This document shows, piece after piece, positions 8,504-18,800 of a DNA stretch of 64,000 nt; positions within the stretch are counted from its first letter, which is position 1, and the number at the start of each line of letters is the position of its first letter. Origin of the DNA: Bacteroidales bacterium (GTDB lineage: Bacteria; Bacteroidota; Bacteroidia; Bacteroidales; WRLA01). The stretch is taken from assembly GCA_965230045.1 (NCBI GenBank), contig OZ245940.1:5075961-5139960 (forward strand), read 5' to 3'. Under the pieces are notes generated by a model, which was given only the letters and a program-made list of their open reading frames with translations, did no database searches and was not told the DNA's origin. The translations under genes and the position numbers were made by a program.

Positions 8504-11488
8504 ATGGGAATCAAAGAGTTAATACAAAAATACGAATCAAATAGAGATTATTACCAGTCTCCAAAATACAATGAAACACAGCTCCGAGCTGACTTCTTAG
8601 ACCCATTTTTCGAAATGCTTGGTTGGGATATTACTAACAAATCAGGTAAATCTAATAATGAACGGGAGGTTCTTTTGGAAGAACCGTTGAAAGAAAATGC
8701 TACTTCAAACACAAAAAAGCCAGACTATACTTTCAGATTGTTTTCAGAAAGAAAGTTTTTTCTTGAAGCAAAGAAGCCAAATGTAAAAATTGAATCGGAC
8801 AACTCCCCTGCAAAACAGACAAGGCGTTACGGCTATACAGCCAAACTTAAAATTTCGGTTCTTTCAAACTTTGAATTCCTTGCAATTTATGATTGTTCTG
8901 AGAAAGTCGAATCAACTGATAATGCCGAAAAATGCAGAATAAAACTTTATCACTTTTCCGAATATGAAGAAAAGTTCGAGGAAATTCATAAACTACTCGG
9001 ACATGAAACAGTCTATTCGGGAGGCTTTGATTTAGAATGGGAACATATTGAAGATAAGCTTAGTTTGCATGGAGTTGATAAACTATTCCTTCAGCAGATA
9101 AACGAATGGAGATTACTACTTGGTGCAGAGATTTTTAAAGTCAAAAACGATATTTCAGAAATTGAACTGAACGACTTGGTTCAAAGCTATTTGAATAGTA
9201 TTATTTTTCTCAGGGTTTGTGAGGACAGAAACATTGAGACTTACCAAACACTTTTGAAATTTGCAGACGAAAAGGATTTTAAATCCTTGATTGCCAAATT
9301 TTATGAAGCTGATAAAAAATACAATTCAGGACTTTTTATTCAAGAGTACAAAGAAGAAATAATTGAAAACAGCCAATCCATTTTCTGGACAATTATCAGA
9401 CAGCTTTATTATCCTGAAAGTCCTTACTCTTTTGCAGTTTTTGCTTCCGATATTCTTGGAAATATTTATGAAATCTTTATTGCCCAAAAACTTGCTATTG
9501 AAGAAAAAGAAATCATTCTAAAAGACAAGCCTGAAAACGTTGACAGAGATGTGGTAACAACGCCAACAAATATAATTCAGGATATTCTTAGGAAAACCGT
9601 CATACCTTACTGCAATGGAAAAACTATTGATGAAATTATAGCCTGCAAATTTGCGGACATTGCATGTGGCTCAGGAGCTTTCTTATTAGAAACATATCAG
9701 TTAATCAACGATATTCTGATTGACTACTTTGTACAGAATGACAAGTCAGCACTTATCCAAACATCCGTAAATTCTTATAAACTTCCATTCAAATTAAAGA
9801 AACAAGTTTTAGAGAATTGCATTTATGGAGTTGACAAAGATTACAATGCCGTTGAAGCTTCAAGGTTTGGGTTATTATTGAAACTTTTGGAAGAAGAAAA
9901 TATCGAATCAATTTCTAATGAACTTCCAATTTTACCTGACCTTTCTAAAAATATTGTTTTTGGTAATAGTTTGGTTCAGCCTCAAAAAGCTACCGTTGGC
10001 AAGGAAGACATTATTAATCCATTTGATTTTGGCGATATAAAGTTTGATGTAATGGTGGGAAACCCACCTTATATGTCCACGGAAGACATGAAAAATATTA
10101 CTCCATTGGAGTTGCCTATTTACAAGAAACAATACAAGACAGCTTATAAACAGTTCGATAAATATTTTGTCTTTATTGAAAGGTGCATTCAATTATTGAA
10201 ACCTGACGGATTCTTGGGATATATTGTTCCAAGTAAATTCACAAAAGTTGGTGCAGCGAAAGAACTAAGAAAACTATTGGCTGAAAAGCGTATTGTTAAC
10301 CAAATTGTTTCATTTGGTGCAAATCAAATCTTCAAAGGAAAGACAACTTATACCTGTTTGTTAATCGTTCAAAACAGTGAACTTGAAAATACTAATTATT
10401 ACGAAGTAAAAGATTATCGTAATTGGGTTGTTCGGGATTACAAAGCAGAAGATTACGATACGATTAAAAGTGATTCAATAACTTCTGAAACATGGAAGCT
10501 TGTACCAGGATATTTAAGACCTGTTTTTAACGAAATTTTGAAACAAAGCAGCTTGTTGGGTGAACTTATTGGAGAAGAGAATATTTACAATGGGATTCAA
10601 ACCAGTGCAAATAGAATTTACATCCATACTCCAACTAAAGAAGATAAAAAGTATTTCTACTTCTCATTCCAAAAAACAGATTGGAAAATTGAAAAAAGAC
10701 TTACAAAACCTTATTATCAAACATCTACAGGGATTGATAATCTGAATACATATCGTCCATTCAACCCAAATTCATTTGTTATTTATCCTTATAAAAAAGT
10801 AAAGGGTAAAATCAGTTTTGTTAAAATTGATGAATTGGAGAAAAGATTTCCAGAAGCATTCAAATTCTTAAATCACTATAAAGCTGTATTAGCCAACCCG
10901 AAAAGAGATATAAAACCAGAACCCGAAACTGCAAACGAATGGTATCGCTACGGGAGACATCAAAGTTTGGACAAATGTGATGTTCCTGCCAAAATTGTAG
11001 TTGGTGTTTTATCGCAAGGGAATAAATACGCAATTGATTATTATGGGACGTTAATTTCATCGGGAGGTACAGCAGGATATTGCATGATAACATTGCCCGA
11101 TGACTGCCAGTATTCGATTTACTACATTCAGGCACTTCTCAATTCAAAATACTTGGAGTGGTTTTCATCAATAAATGGCGAAATCTTTAGAGGAGGCTAT
11201 ATTGCTCGTGGAACAAAAGTCTTGAAACAACTTCCCATTCGGATAATTGACTTTGACAATCAAGAAGAAAAGGCGTTACATGATGATATTGCGGGTACTC
11301 AGAAATCATTAATTGACATTCAGGGAGCAATAGATAAAAACAACGGAAACAAACGAAAACTAACTGTTCTTCAACGTCAATTTGATTCCTTATTGCTAAG
11401 ACAGGAGAATAATCTAATGCAATTGTATAATCTTGGGGGAATGGACAATTCCATTCCGCTAATATCAGAATTATATGGAACTAATTAA
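8504..11488 (+). CDS. Type IIG (Eco57I/MmeI-like) restriction endonuclease-methyltransferase fusion
   Basis: N-terminal PD-(D/E)XK motif (KPDYTF...FFLEAKK), SAM motif FADIACGSGAFL, catalytic GNPPY (VMVGNPPYMS) and a TaqI-like C-terminal specificity region (YIQALLNSKYLEWF...GGYIARGTKVLKQLPI). Confidence 0.8.
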   Translation: MGIKELIQKYESNRDYYQSPKYNETQLRADFLDPFFEMLGWDITNKSGKSNNEREVLLEEPLKENATSNTKKPDYTFRLFSERKFFLEAKKPNVKIESDNSPAKQTRRYGYTAKLKISVLSNFEFLAIYDCSEKVESTDNAEKCRIKLYHFSEYEEKFEEIHKLLGHETVYSGGFDLEWEHIEDKLSLHGVDKLFLQQINEWRLLLGAEIFKVKNDISEIELNDLVQSYLNSIIFLRVCEDRNIETYQTLLKFADEKDFKSLIAKFYEADKKYNSGLFIQEYKEEIIENSQSIFWTIIRQLYYPESPYSFAVFASDILGNIYEIFIAQKLAIEEKEIILKDKPENVDRDVVTTPTNIIQDILRKTVIPYCNGKTIDEIIACKFADIACGSGAFLLETYQLINDILIDYFVQNDKSALIQTSVNSYKLPFKLKKQVLENCIYGVDKDYNAVEASRFGLLLKLLEEENIESISNELPILPDLSKNIVFGNSLVQPQKATVGKEDIINPFDFGDIKFDVMVGNPPYMSTEDMKNITPLELPIYKKQYKTAYKQFDKYFVFIERCIQLLKPDGFLGYIVPSKFTKVGAAKELRKLLAEKRIVNQIVSFGANQIFKGKTTYTCLLIVQNSELENTNYYEVKDYRNWVVRDYKAEDYDTIKSDSITSETWKLVPGYLRPVFNEILKQSSLLGELIGEENIYNGIQTSANRIYIHTPTKEDKKYFYFSFQKTDWKIEKRLTKPYYQTSTGIDNLNTYRPFNPNSFVIYPYKKVKGKISFVKIDELEKRFPEAFKFLNHYKAVLANPKRDIKPEPETANEWYRYGRHQSLDKCDVPAKIVVGVLSQGNKYAIDYYGTLISSGGTAGYCMITLPDDCQYSIYYIQALLNSKYLEWFSSINGEIFRGGYIARGTKVLKQLPIRIIDFDNQEEKALHDDIAGTQKSLIDIQGAIDKNNGNKRKLTVLQRQFDSLLLRQENNLMQLYNLGGMDNSIPLISELYGTN

Positions 11489-13079
11489 AAACGCATCTAA
11501 AGATAAACTTAGGGGCGGTTTTTATACTCCTGCCCCAATTGCCGATTTTATTTTAAAATGGGCTTTCAATGGTACAACCAATTTCGACATACTTGAGCCA
11601 AGTTGTGGGGACGGAATATTTTTGCAGCAAATTAAAGAAGGTGGATTTAAGTACAATTCAATCTTAGCCACTGAATTAGACCCTGATGAAGCTAAAAAAG
11701 CGGAAAGCTTAAAAACAGAAAACTGTAATGTTGAGAACAGGGAATTTCACAGTTTCTGTAATACAACTGATAAGGAATTTGATTTGGTAATTGGAAACCC
11801 CCCATTCATTAGGTATCAGTATTTTGATAAAGAGCAACAAAATGAAGCCAATATAATTTTCAACAGGGCAAACCTTAAATATTCCAAGCTAACTAATTCG
11901 TGGGTTTCTTTTATCGTTGGTTCAAGTCTGTTATTAAAAGAAACCGGAAAAATTGGTTTTGTAGTTCCAGCCGAAATTCTGCAAGTTTCATTTGCAAAAA
12001 CTTTACGCCAGTTTTTAGCACACTTTTACAATAAAATTAGTATCGTTTCATTCGAAAAACTTGTTTTTCCTGACATTCAGCAAGAAGTAGTTTTATTGTT
12101 GTGCGAAAAAGATAAAACACAAAAACACTTCATTGAACACATAGAAGTACCAAATGCAGATGCATTGGAAAAATTGGACGTTGCGAAACTGAAAGCCCCT
12201 AAGAAAAAGATTGACTTTAAATCGAATAAATGGACTTTCTATTTTCTCGACCAAAAGGAAATTGATTTTATTGAGCGAATAAAAGCAGATAAAAAGCTGC
12301 ATACAATGGGACAACTTGCAAAAGTAGAAGTTGGCATTACTACGGGTTCCAATCCATTTTTTACTGTTCCATATTCCACTGTCCAGTTTTATCGAATGCA
12401 AGATTTTGCACGTCCAATGGTGGGAAGGAGCGTTCAAGTTTCAAGTGCGATATTCAACAAAAAAGACTGGCAAAAAAACTTGAATGCCGAAGCACGGGCA
12501 AACCTACTTGTTTTTCCGAAGATGAGTGAATTAAACGGTCAGGATGGAGCGAGAGAATACATAGCATCAGGCGAAGAACAAGGAATAAACAAAGGTTACA
12601 AATGCAGAATCAGGGATGAATGGCAAATTGTACCATCGCTTTGGGTTTCTGATGCACTGTTTGTGAGAAGAAATAATCGTTATCCAAAATTCCTGATTAA
12701 CGAAGTTGGTGCCTATACAACTGACACTATGCACCGAGTAAAAATAAAAGAAGGGGTTAACAAAAATGCTTTAGTAGCAAGTTATTACAATTCACTTTCA
12801 CTGGCATTTACCGAAATTTGCGGAAGAAGTCATGGGGGCGGTGTTCTTGAATTAATGCCAAATGAAGTAGAAAGCGTTGTTATTCCATACAATGAAAAAC
12901 ATGCTGAATTACTATCAGAAATTGATAAGCGATTACGGGAGAAGCAAGACATACAAGAGATTTTGCAATATACTAATCAACGAATACTAAAAGAAACCTT
13001 TGGGTTTTCGGATTCGGATATTGCAATTGCTGATAGTATTTGGAAGAAATTGTCTAATAGAAGGTTAAATAGAGGATAA
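11475..13079 (+). CDS. Stand-alone gamma-class N6-adenine DNA methyltransferase (companion methylase)
   Basis: GGFYTPAPIADFI, EPSCGDGIFL, VIGNPPFIRYQ and a C-terminal TRD-like region (GGGVLELMPNEVESVVIPY). It overlaps the upstream gene by 14 nt. Confidence 0.8.
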   Translation: MELIKNASKDKLRGGFYTPAPIADFILKWAFNGTTNFDILEPSCGDGIFLQQIKEGGFKYNSILATELDPDEAKKAESLKTENCNVENREFHSFCNTTDKEFDLVIGNPPFIRYQYFDKEQQNEANIIFNRANLKYSKLTNSWVSFIVGSSLLLKETGKIGFVVPAEILQVSFAKTLRQFLAHFYNKISIVSFEKLVFPDIQQEVVLLLCEKDKTQKHFIEHIEVPNADALEKLDVAKLKAPKKKIDFKSNKWTFYFLDQKEIDFIERIKADKKLHTMGQLAKVEVGITTGSNPFFTVPYSTVQFYRMQDFARPMVGRSVQVSSAIFNKKDWQKNLNAEARANLLVFPKMSELNGQDGAREYIASGEEQGINKGYKCRIRDEWQIVPSLWVSDALFVRRNNRYPKFLINEVGAYTTDTMHRVKIKEGVNKNALVASYYNSLSLAFTEICGRSHGGGVLELMPNEVESVVIPYNEKHAELLSEIDKRLREKQDIQEILQYTNQRILKETFGFSDSDIAIADSIWKKLSNRRLNRG

Positions 13080-13101
13080 ACGTAAATTCACTTAAATAAT
13101 T

Positions 13102-13468
13102 GGTTCTACACGGAATTTCGTGGAAAGAAAAATTACTTTATTTCAAAACAGATTCCTCCAAAGTTTCCTCATTCTTCGGAAAACTTTGTCGGAATGACGC
13201 GTTTTTATGAAGTCAGGAGGCAAATGCGGCGCACTTCGACTTGGTTCGGCTACGCTCACCACAGGACGCTCAGTGACCAGGCCGCATTTGCCTTAAACAC
13301 CTAATAAACAGCGTCATTCCGACCGGAACAAAGCCAAACGAAATGATTAAGGCTTTGTCCCGATAGTTATCGGGAGGGAGGAATCTGTTAGGAATCAATA
13401 GTTTATTAACAAATATCTCCATATTATTTTCAAACATTATTGTTACCCACGAAATTCCTAGTAGAACC
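13102..13468. mobile_element. MITE-like non-coding element with terminal and nested inverted repeats
   Basis: Terminal inverted repeat GGTTCTACACGGAATTTCGTGG (13102-13123) against the reverse complement of 13447-13468, 20 of 22 matching. Nested arms pair 13148-13159 with 13377-13388, 13188-13200 with 13311-13323, and 13219-13230 with 13281-13292. There is no ORF. Confidence 0.6.
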
Positions 13469-13676
13469 CAAAATATTATAATCAGCCAAAAATTAGGTTT
13501 TAACTAATTTTATATCCTAAAATTGAATTTGTTTGCATTTTACATTGCATTAAACCAGGCCATCTGCTTCCTTGTTAAAGCTTTGAAATAGGCGACTATA
13601 TCTTCAGCTTTAGACACCTCACATCTGACCTGAATTTAAAGCAGGAATTAATCAGGATAGGTTTTCCGGGCATTGT

Positions 13677-14441
13677 TTATTTATCCCCGGAATCATCCGG
13701 ATTGCTCTCATACTCAATAATAAAAGCATAAAAGGTCGCGGCATCTCCTGTCATAAGGTCACCAAAACGGCTTGGAAAATCGCCCCAGTAAGAAACAGGA
13801 GCAGTTATTTCCCCATAGCACATGGCATCCTGGTTACCACCTGTAACATCATTGGGCTGCGTATTATCGCGAGGATCATCGTCGAGCAGGCCGTCATCCA
13901 GGTTTTGACACCAATTAGTATAATCCATAGACTGTCCGCTGAGCCACATCCAACCTGCAGCAGGATCTTCTTCGTCTTCTTCACTATACTCCTGGAAACC
14001 ACCGATTGGAGGACCATTGGTCACATTGGTTTCCGGCCATACATACCATTCTACTTCTTCATCGATAAGACTGAACACAAATTCATTTTCATCTTCGGTT
14101 TCGGGGCAAACCAAATATCCGCCAGACAGTTGCGCCAGATATGCAGCACAAAGCCACTCCACATCCCCTCCAGGAATCTCAACAACTTCATAATAATGTG
14201 TTTCGCCTGATTCATTAGTATAAGCAACTACCTCATTACGTGTATAACTGCCAATCTGATCCCAGCCCCGATAAACATTACCAAAAACCGCTTCCGGATA
14301 ATAATCGGTTATATCTCTGATCAAAGTCTCTGTTTCGTCGGGATCTTCATTTATGATATCATCGGACTCATCATCACTATCACATGCATAAAAAAATGTC
14401 ATTGCAAAAATCAACAGAAATAACATCTTAGGATTCATCAT
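13677..14441 (-). CDS. Acidic lipoprotein with a C-type lectin-like domain
   Basis: Lipoprotein signal MMNPKMLFLLIFAMTFFYAC. CTLD-like landmarks are WLCAAYLAQLSGGYLVCPETEDENEFV, WMWLSGQSMDYTNW, QPND and AMCYGE...WGDF...FIIEY. The start is taken at the internal MMNPKM rather than the ORF-track start at 14510. Confidence 0.6.
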   Translation of the reverse strand: MMNPKMLFLLIFAMTFFYACDSDDESDDIINEDPDETETLIRDITDYYPEAVFGNVYRGWDQIGSYTRNEVVAYTNESGETHYYEVVEIPGGDVEWLCAAYLAQLSGGYLVCPETEDENEFVFSLIDEEVEWYVWPETNVTNGPPIGGFQEYSEEDEEDPAAGWMWLSGQSMDYTNWCQNLDDGLLDDDPRDNTQPNDVTGGNQDAMCYGEITAPVSYWGDFPSRFGDLMTGDAATFYAFIIEYESNPDDSGDK

Positions 14442-14827
14442 TTTTTGTTTTAATTGGTTAATAATGAAGCGAAATAACCGAAAGAAGTCAGAGCATAAAA
14501 ACATAATCAATATATCAGGAAATCACATCAACAAAAGGATAGAATTTCTCAACAGCCTCTTAGCCATGATTTCTACATTTGATGCCTCAGGTACAATTTT
14601 CCAAAAGCAAAAGCGACTCTATCCTGAATAATTCACAAAATATTCTAACACATGTTTCGAGTTGAAATAGCTATGGTTATTCCTGTGCGCCAAAAATCTG
14701 TGCTTCCTTTCTTTTATTGCATATTGCGTGTTGCCTCTGAGCTTGGCGAATATGCTCCTGACGAAATTTTATAAATTAATCAGGTTAAAATACTATTTTT
14801 GTAGAATATACTTAATGCGTTGATAAT

Positions 14828-15607
14828 ATGAGGATTATTCTAATACTTGGATTGGTTATTGTTTCATTGCTTGCTAAAGCACAGGATGATGTGCCTGAAT
14901 TAATTACAGACAGGCCAGACCAAACAGAGTCTTCTTCTGTAGTCCCTCAAAAATCTTTACAAATCGAGACGGGTTTTGTTGTGGAAAATTACGCGACAGA
15001 TTTTATAAAACAGAAGTCATTTTCATACAACACCACTTTGCTGCGCTATGGATTACTTAAAAATTTTGAATTACGTTTGGGCTTAGAATATTTGGGAGAG
15101 AAGGTGTCCATTAAGAACACGGACACGACCAATACTACTTCTGGAATTGGCCCTTTATATACAGGTTTCAAAATTAAAATTGCAGAAGAGGATGGATGGA
15201 AACCTGAAATTGCATTTCTTGGAGGACTTGTTTTGCCTTTTACAGCAGATAAATATTTTAAGCCTGATTATACCGCAGCAAATATTCGGTTTTCCTTTGC
15301 ACACACCTTATCCGATAGATTTTCAATAGGATATAACCTTGGTGCGGAATGGGACGGTGACACGGCTGTACCCGGATACTTTTATTCTCTTGCATTAGGA
15401 ATTGGATTAACAGATAAATTAGGAATGTTTGTTGAAGCTTATGGATTGCTTAAAGAAGAAGGTAATTCAGAAAATTTATTTGATACAGGCTTTACGTATC
15501 TTGTATTACCAAATTTTCAATTAGACGTATCTGGAGGTATTGGTCTTAATGAAAATGCGTTAGATAACTTCCTGAGCTTTGGGTTTACATATAGATTACC
15601 CGATTAA
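14828..15607 (+). CDS. Outer-membrane beta-barrel transporter (MetA-pathway/phenol-degradation-like family)
   Basis: Signal peptide, then the DRPDQTESSSVVP...LQIETGF motif, alternating beta-strand pattern and a C-terminal aromatic region (FGFTYRLPD). Confidence 0.6.
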   Translation: MRIILILGLVIVSLLAKAQDDVPELITDRPDQTESSSVVPQKSLQIETGFVVENYATDFIKQKSFSYNTTLLRYGLLKNFELRLGLEYLGEKVSIKNTDTTNTTSGIGPLYTGFKIKIAEEDGWKPEIAFLGGLVLPFTADKYFKPDYTAANIRFSFAHTLSDRFSIGYNLGAEWDGDTAVPGYFYSLALGIGLTDKLGMFVEAYGLLKEEGNSENLFDTGFTYLVLPNFQLDVSGGIGLNENALDNFLSFGFTYRLPD

Positions 15608-15816
15608 ATGGAGTTTGGAGATTTTAAATCCAAAACAATCATGCTTTCTCCCTGCGCTCTGAGCTATTCCAAACACTGCCCCTAAACTTCACAGAAGCCA
15701 TGCCTGGCTGTTTTGGAAATTAATTTCAAAATAGCCAAAAGGAAAAACCTGGGATAAAGCCCAGCAATATAAATCCTACCCTACTCACCCACCAAATTAC
15801 AACTTCTACCCTCAAT

Positions 15817-18800
15817 TTATTCCGTAAGCTCAAGCAATAAAAACTTGGTTTCAAAATGCTCAAACAGAAGGAAAGAGCTCAGTTCCTTTTGCTTTTCACC
15901 GATTGAATTGATCTCATACACCGCTTTAATGTGCTCATTACTAAGCAGTCTGGCAATATCCAGAACCGCATGGTCGCCTTCTGTTTCGCGTAAGTGAAGA
16001 ATAATTCCATCTTCATCCTTCGATGGCCTTGAGCTGACCAGCAGAAGGTTTTCCAGCTCATTAAACTCAATAAAAGCTTTTGACTCCGGAGCAGGACGAC
16101 CTGAATTTCCCGCATTCGTTCGGCTAATCATCGGAACCTTGTTGCCAAAGCCATATCGGGTCGCCTTCGATATCGAATTATCATCCGTGGAGGTAATTTG
16201 ATACGACCAGGAGAGCGCTCCGGACTGGTCTGCTTTAAAATTGGTTGTCCAGTAATTGTTGAGCACCCAGGAATAAATGTGCGCTCTTTCCGGCTTGTGT
16301 TTGTAGTAATATCTTCCGGTATTAATCGCTCCAAACTGCACCAATGGAATATCATTGCTGCTAAAAATTATTTGTCCGTTTTGGTTGTTGACAGATGCGA
16401 AATTCTGAATAGTATTCCAATCGGATGCTGTGCCTTCGAGCTGGTCAAGCCCGGGCCGTACCACGCCGCCCTGCACGTCAAATAATAGTTCGCCTTTATC
16501 TTCTGAAGAAAAAGGGAAGGCTATATAAATGGCCTCGGGATTTGTATTTGAGCGCTTATTCATTTCATACAACAATTCGATCTGCTTCTCTTGTTTGTAT
16601 AACCTGATTTCCATGTTTACCCCATGATGATCGGCACAAGCGTTAATTTTACCATTGCAATGGATGCTGGTCCAGATCTCGCCATCCTGAATATCTGTGA
16701 TTTTGAAATCATTGAGTTGAATAAACTCCCTGTTGATTGGGCTGTAATTGGTGTCGCGCACCGAATGCGTCAGGCGCTCCAGTTCCCTGCGATCTTCAAT
16801 TGTTTCGTAAATGAAGCTGCCCAATTTGTATTTTGCATTCTGATCGACCAGCTCTTTGCCTGTTTCTTTGTCAATGATGCTGCTGATGCCCCCATGCTGT
16901 TCGTCAATAATAATTTTATAAAACTGATTCTCAATGGTGTCAGCAAGCCGTTTCCGGGATGTTTTAGATTCTATTTGCTTATCCAGGACATTAATTTTAA
17001 GCGTGGTATAACTCATTGCCGGAACATCATTTACCCAAAGCGCCCAATAACTGCCTTCATTCCTGCTTTTCATAATTTGCGTAGGCACTTTATTTCCTTT
17101 CTCGTCAGTTATAATGCATTCTTTATCAAGCGGTAAAAGGTCGTGGTAAATAAATGCCTCAACCAATCCCGAACGATCCCAGTTCAAGGTATTAAAGACT
17201 GTAACAGAGGCTTCCTTTGGTAGGCTAATATAAGGCTGGATCAAGCCAATGGCCTTTTCCCTGAGTAGGTTTGCCTGCTGATTGGCTGTCCACACATAGG
17301 ATGATTTTTGGCTCCATTGGTTTTTTGAATTTTCTGATGTTGGATTAGAAATACTTTCATCTGCCCCAAAGGTATGCTCTGTATAAAACAGCAGATTGTC
17401 ATAACACAGGCTGATATCATTTTTCAGCTGTTCGGGAATCGCAGCTCCCGCTGCCTGAGCCATGGCAAGAAGACCCGTAGTTGCGCTCATTTGAGCACTG
17501 GTGACCCTTGATGTTTTGGTTTCGTTCATGGCTGTTCCAAATCCATCGGTCCACCAATCCGGCCAGGCTTCTTTTTTCACTTCCAAAATTTCCGGATGGT
17601 TCTGGTCAATGTATATCATGAATTCGCTGGCCAGTGCAAGTTTTAGTTTAGGCCATTCATATTTGCTGTTCCATTCCTCCACAATGTCGCATGCCTTGGT
17701 AGATGGAGGAGAGTTATCCGTAACATATCCCGAAAACTGAAAGGATATCCTGTCAAGTGGATAATCTTTATTTTCCAGATCTCCAAGGTAATCCGATAGA
17801 TTATCCCGGAACACATCGATTTTTCCATTTGTCAGGCTCAGTGCATTTCCATGCATATAGTGCTCAGAGCGATAAGCCATTAACCGGTTTCCTGATGGCG
17901 ATTCCCACCAAAAAGAGGTTGGTTTATCAAAAGGAATCCGGGCGCGATGGCCATGTTGCCCCATAGTCACGTATTTTACCCCGGTATTGTGGTACAGATC
18001 AATCATGCACCAGCCAATTCCGTTTACATCGTTCTGCATGGCTGTTTTCACATCAATTCCCTGTTCTTTAAATTTCTTTAAGGATTGCAACTGCATGGCC
18101 AAGGCTGTTTCATCTACAATTTCAGAAAAATTAAAAAACATTCCGGTAACTTCAATCCGCCCTTCTTTCACTCTTTGCAAAAAGCGATCGACTTGCTCCT
18201 TTGGGCGGTTGTTCAAGTATTCCCGTACCGCCCAGCTCGCTTCACAGGTCCACCGAAACTGTGCGTCTTTGGAGTATTGATCGGTTTGGTCGCAATAATC
18301 CAAAGCGTAGTCAATGTAGCGCAGGTGTTCCGCCAAAATCTCCGATTGCGCCCGTGTATAGCCGATGTCGGTATGGCTGTGCTGCACCAGATAAACGGTC
18401 CATTCTTTAACGGGATTTACTGCCACTTCCTGCTCCTGCTTATTCGTCCCCACAACGAAAGATGTTTTTACAAGCCCTGGCTCATCTGCTTTTGGAATCA
18501 GGAAATCAATCTCATTTAATCCGGTGGCCAGCATGATTGTTTTCACTTCATCATCAACACGCAAAACAGCTTCTTCCGGCGCTCCGAGATGCACATAATT
18601 GAAGCGGATGGTGTGGTAGAGTTTATCATTTTCTTTGGTCACTGTTTTCAGTTGTTCTGCTGAGAATTTATTATCAAGCGGCACCTCAAAAGTCATATAC
18701 CAGGCGTCGCTTTTATTGTCAATTCCGTCAACCTTAATTTTCACAGGCTGGCCTTTAGTAACTAAAACGGTGGGCATTGTCAGCACTGCATAGCCCATTT

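Noticed and set aside
13677-14441. Diversity-generating retroelement, suggested by a C-type-lectin-fold protein plus Avd-like four-helix-bundle genes at 47970 and 55537.
   Set aside because: The window has no reverse transcriptase, and I could find no template/variable repeat pair matching the 3' end of the lectin gene. The genes are more than 30 kb apart.
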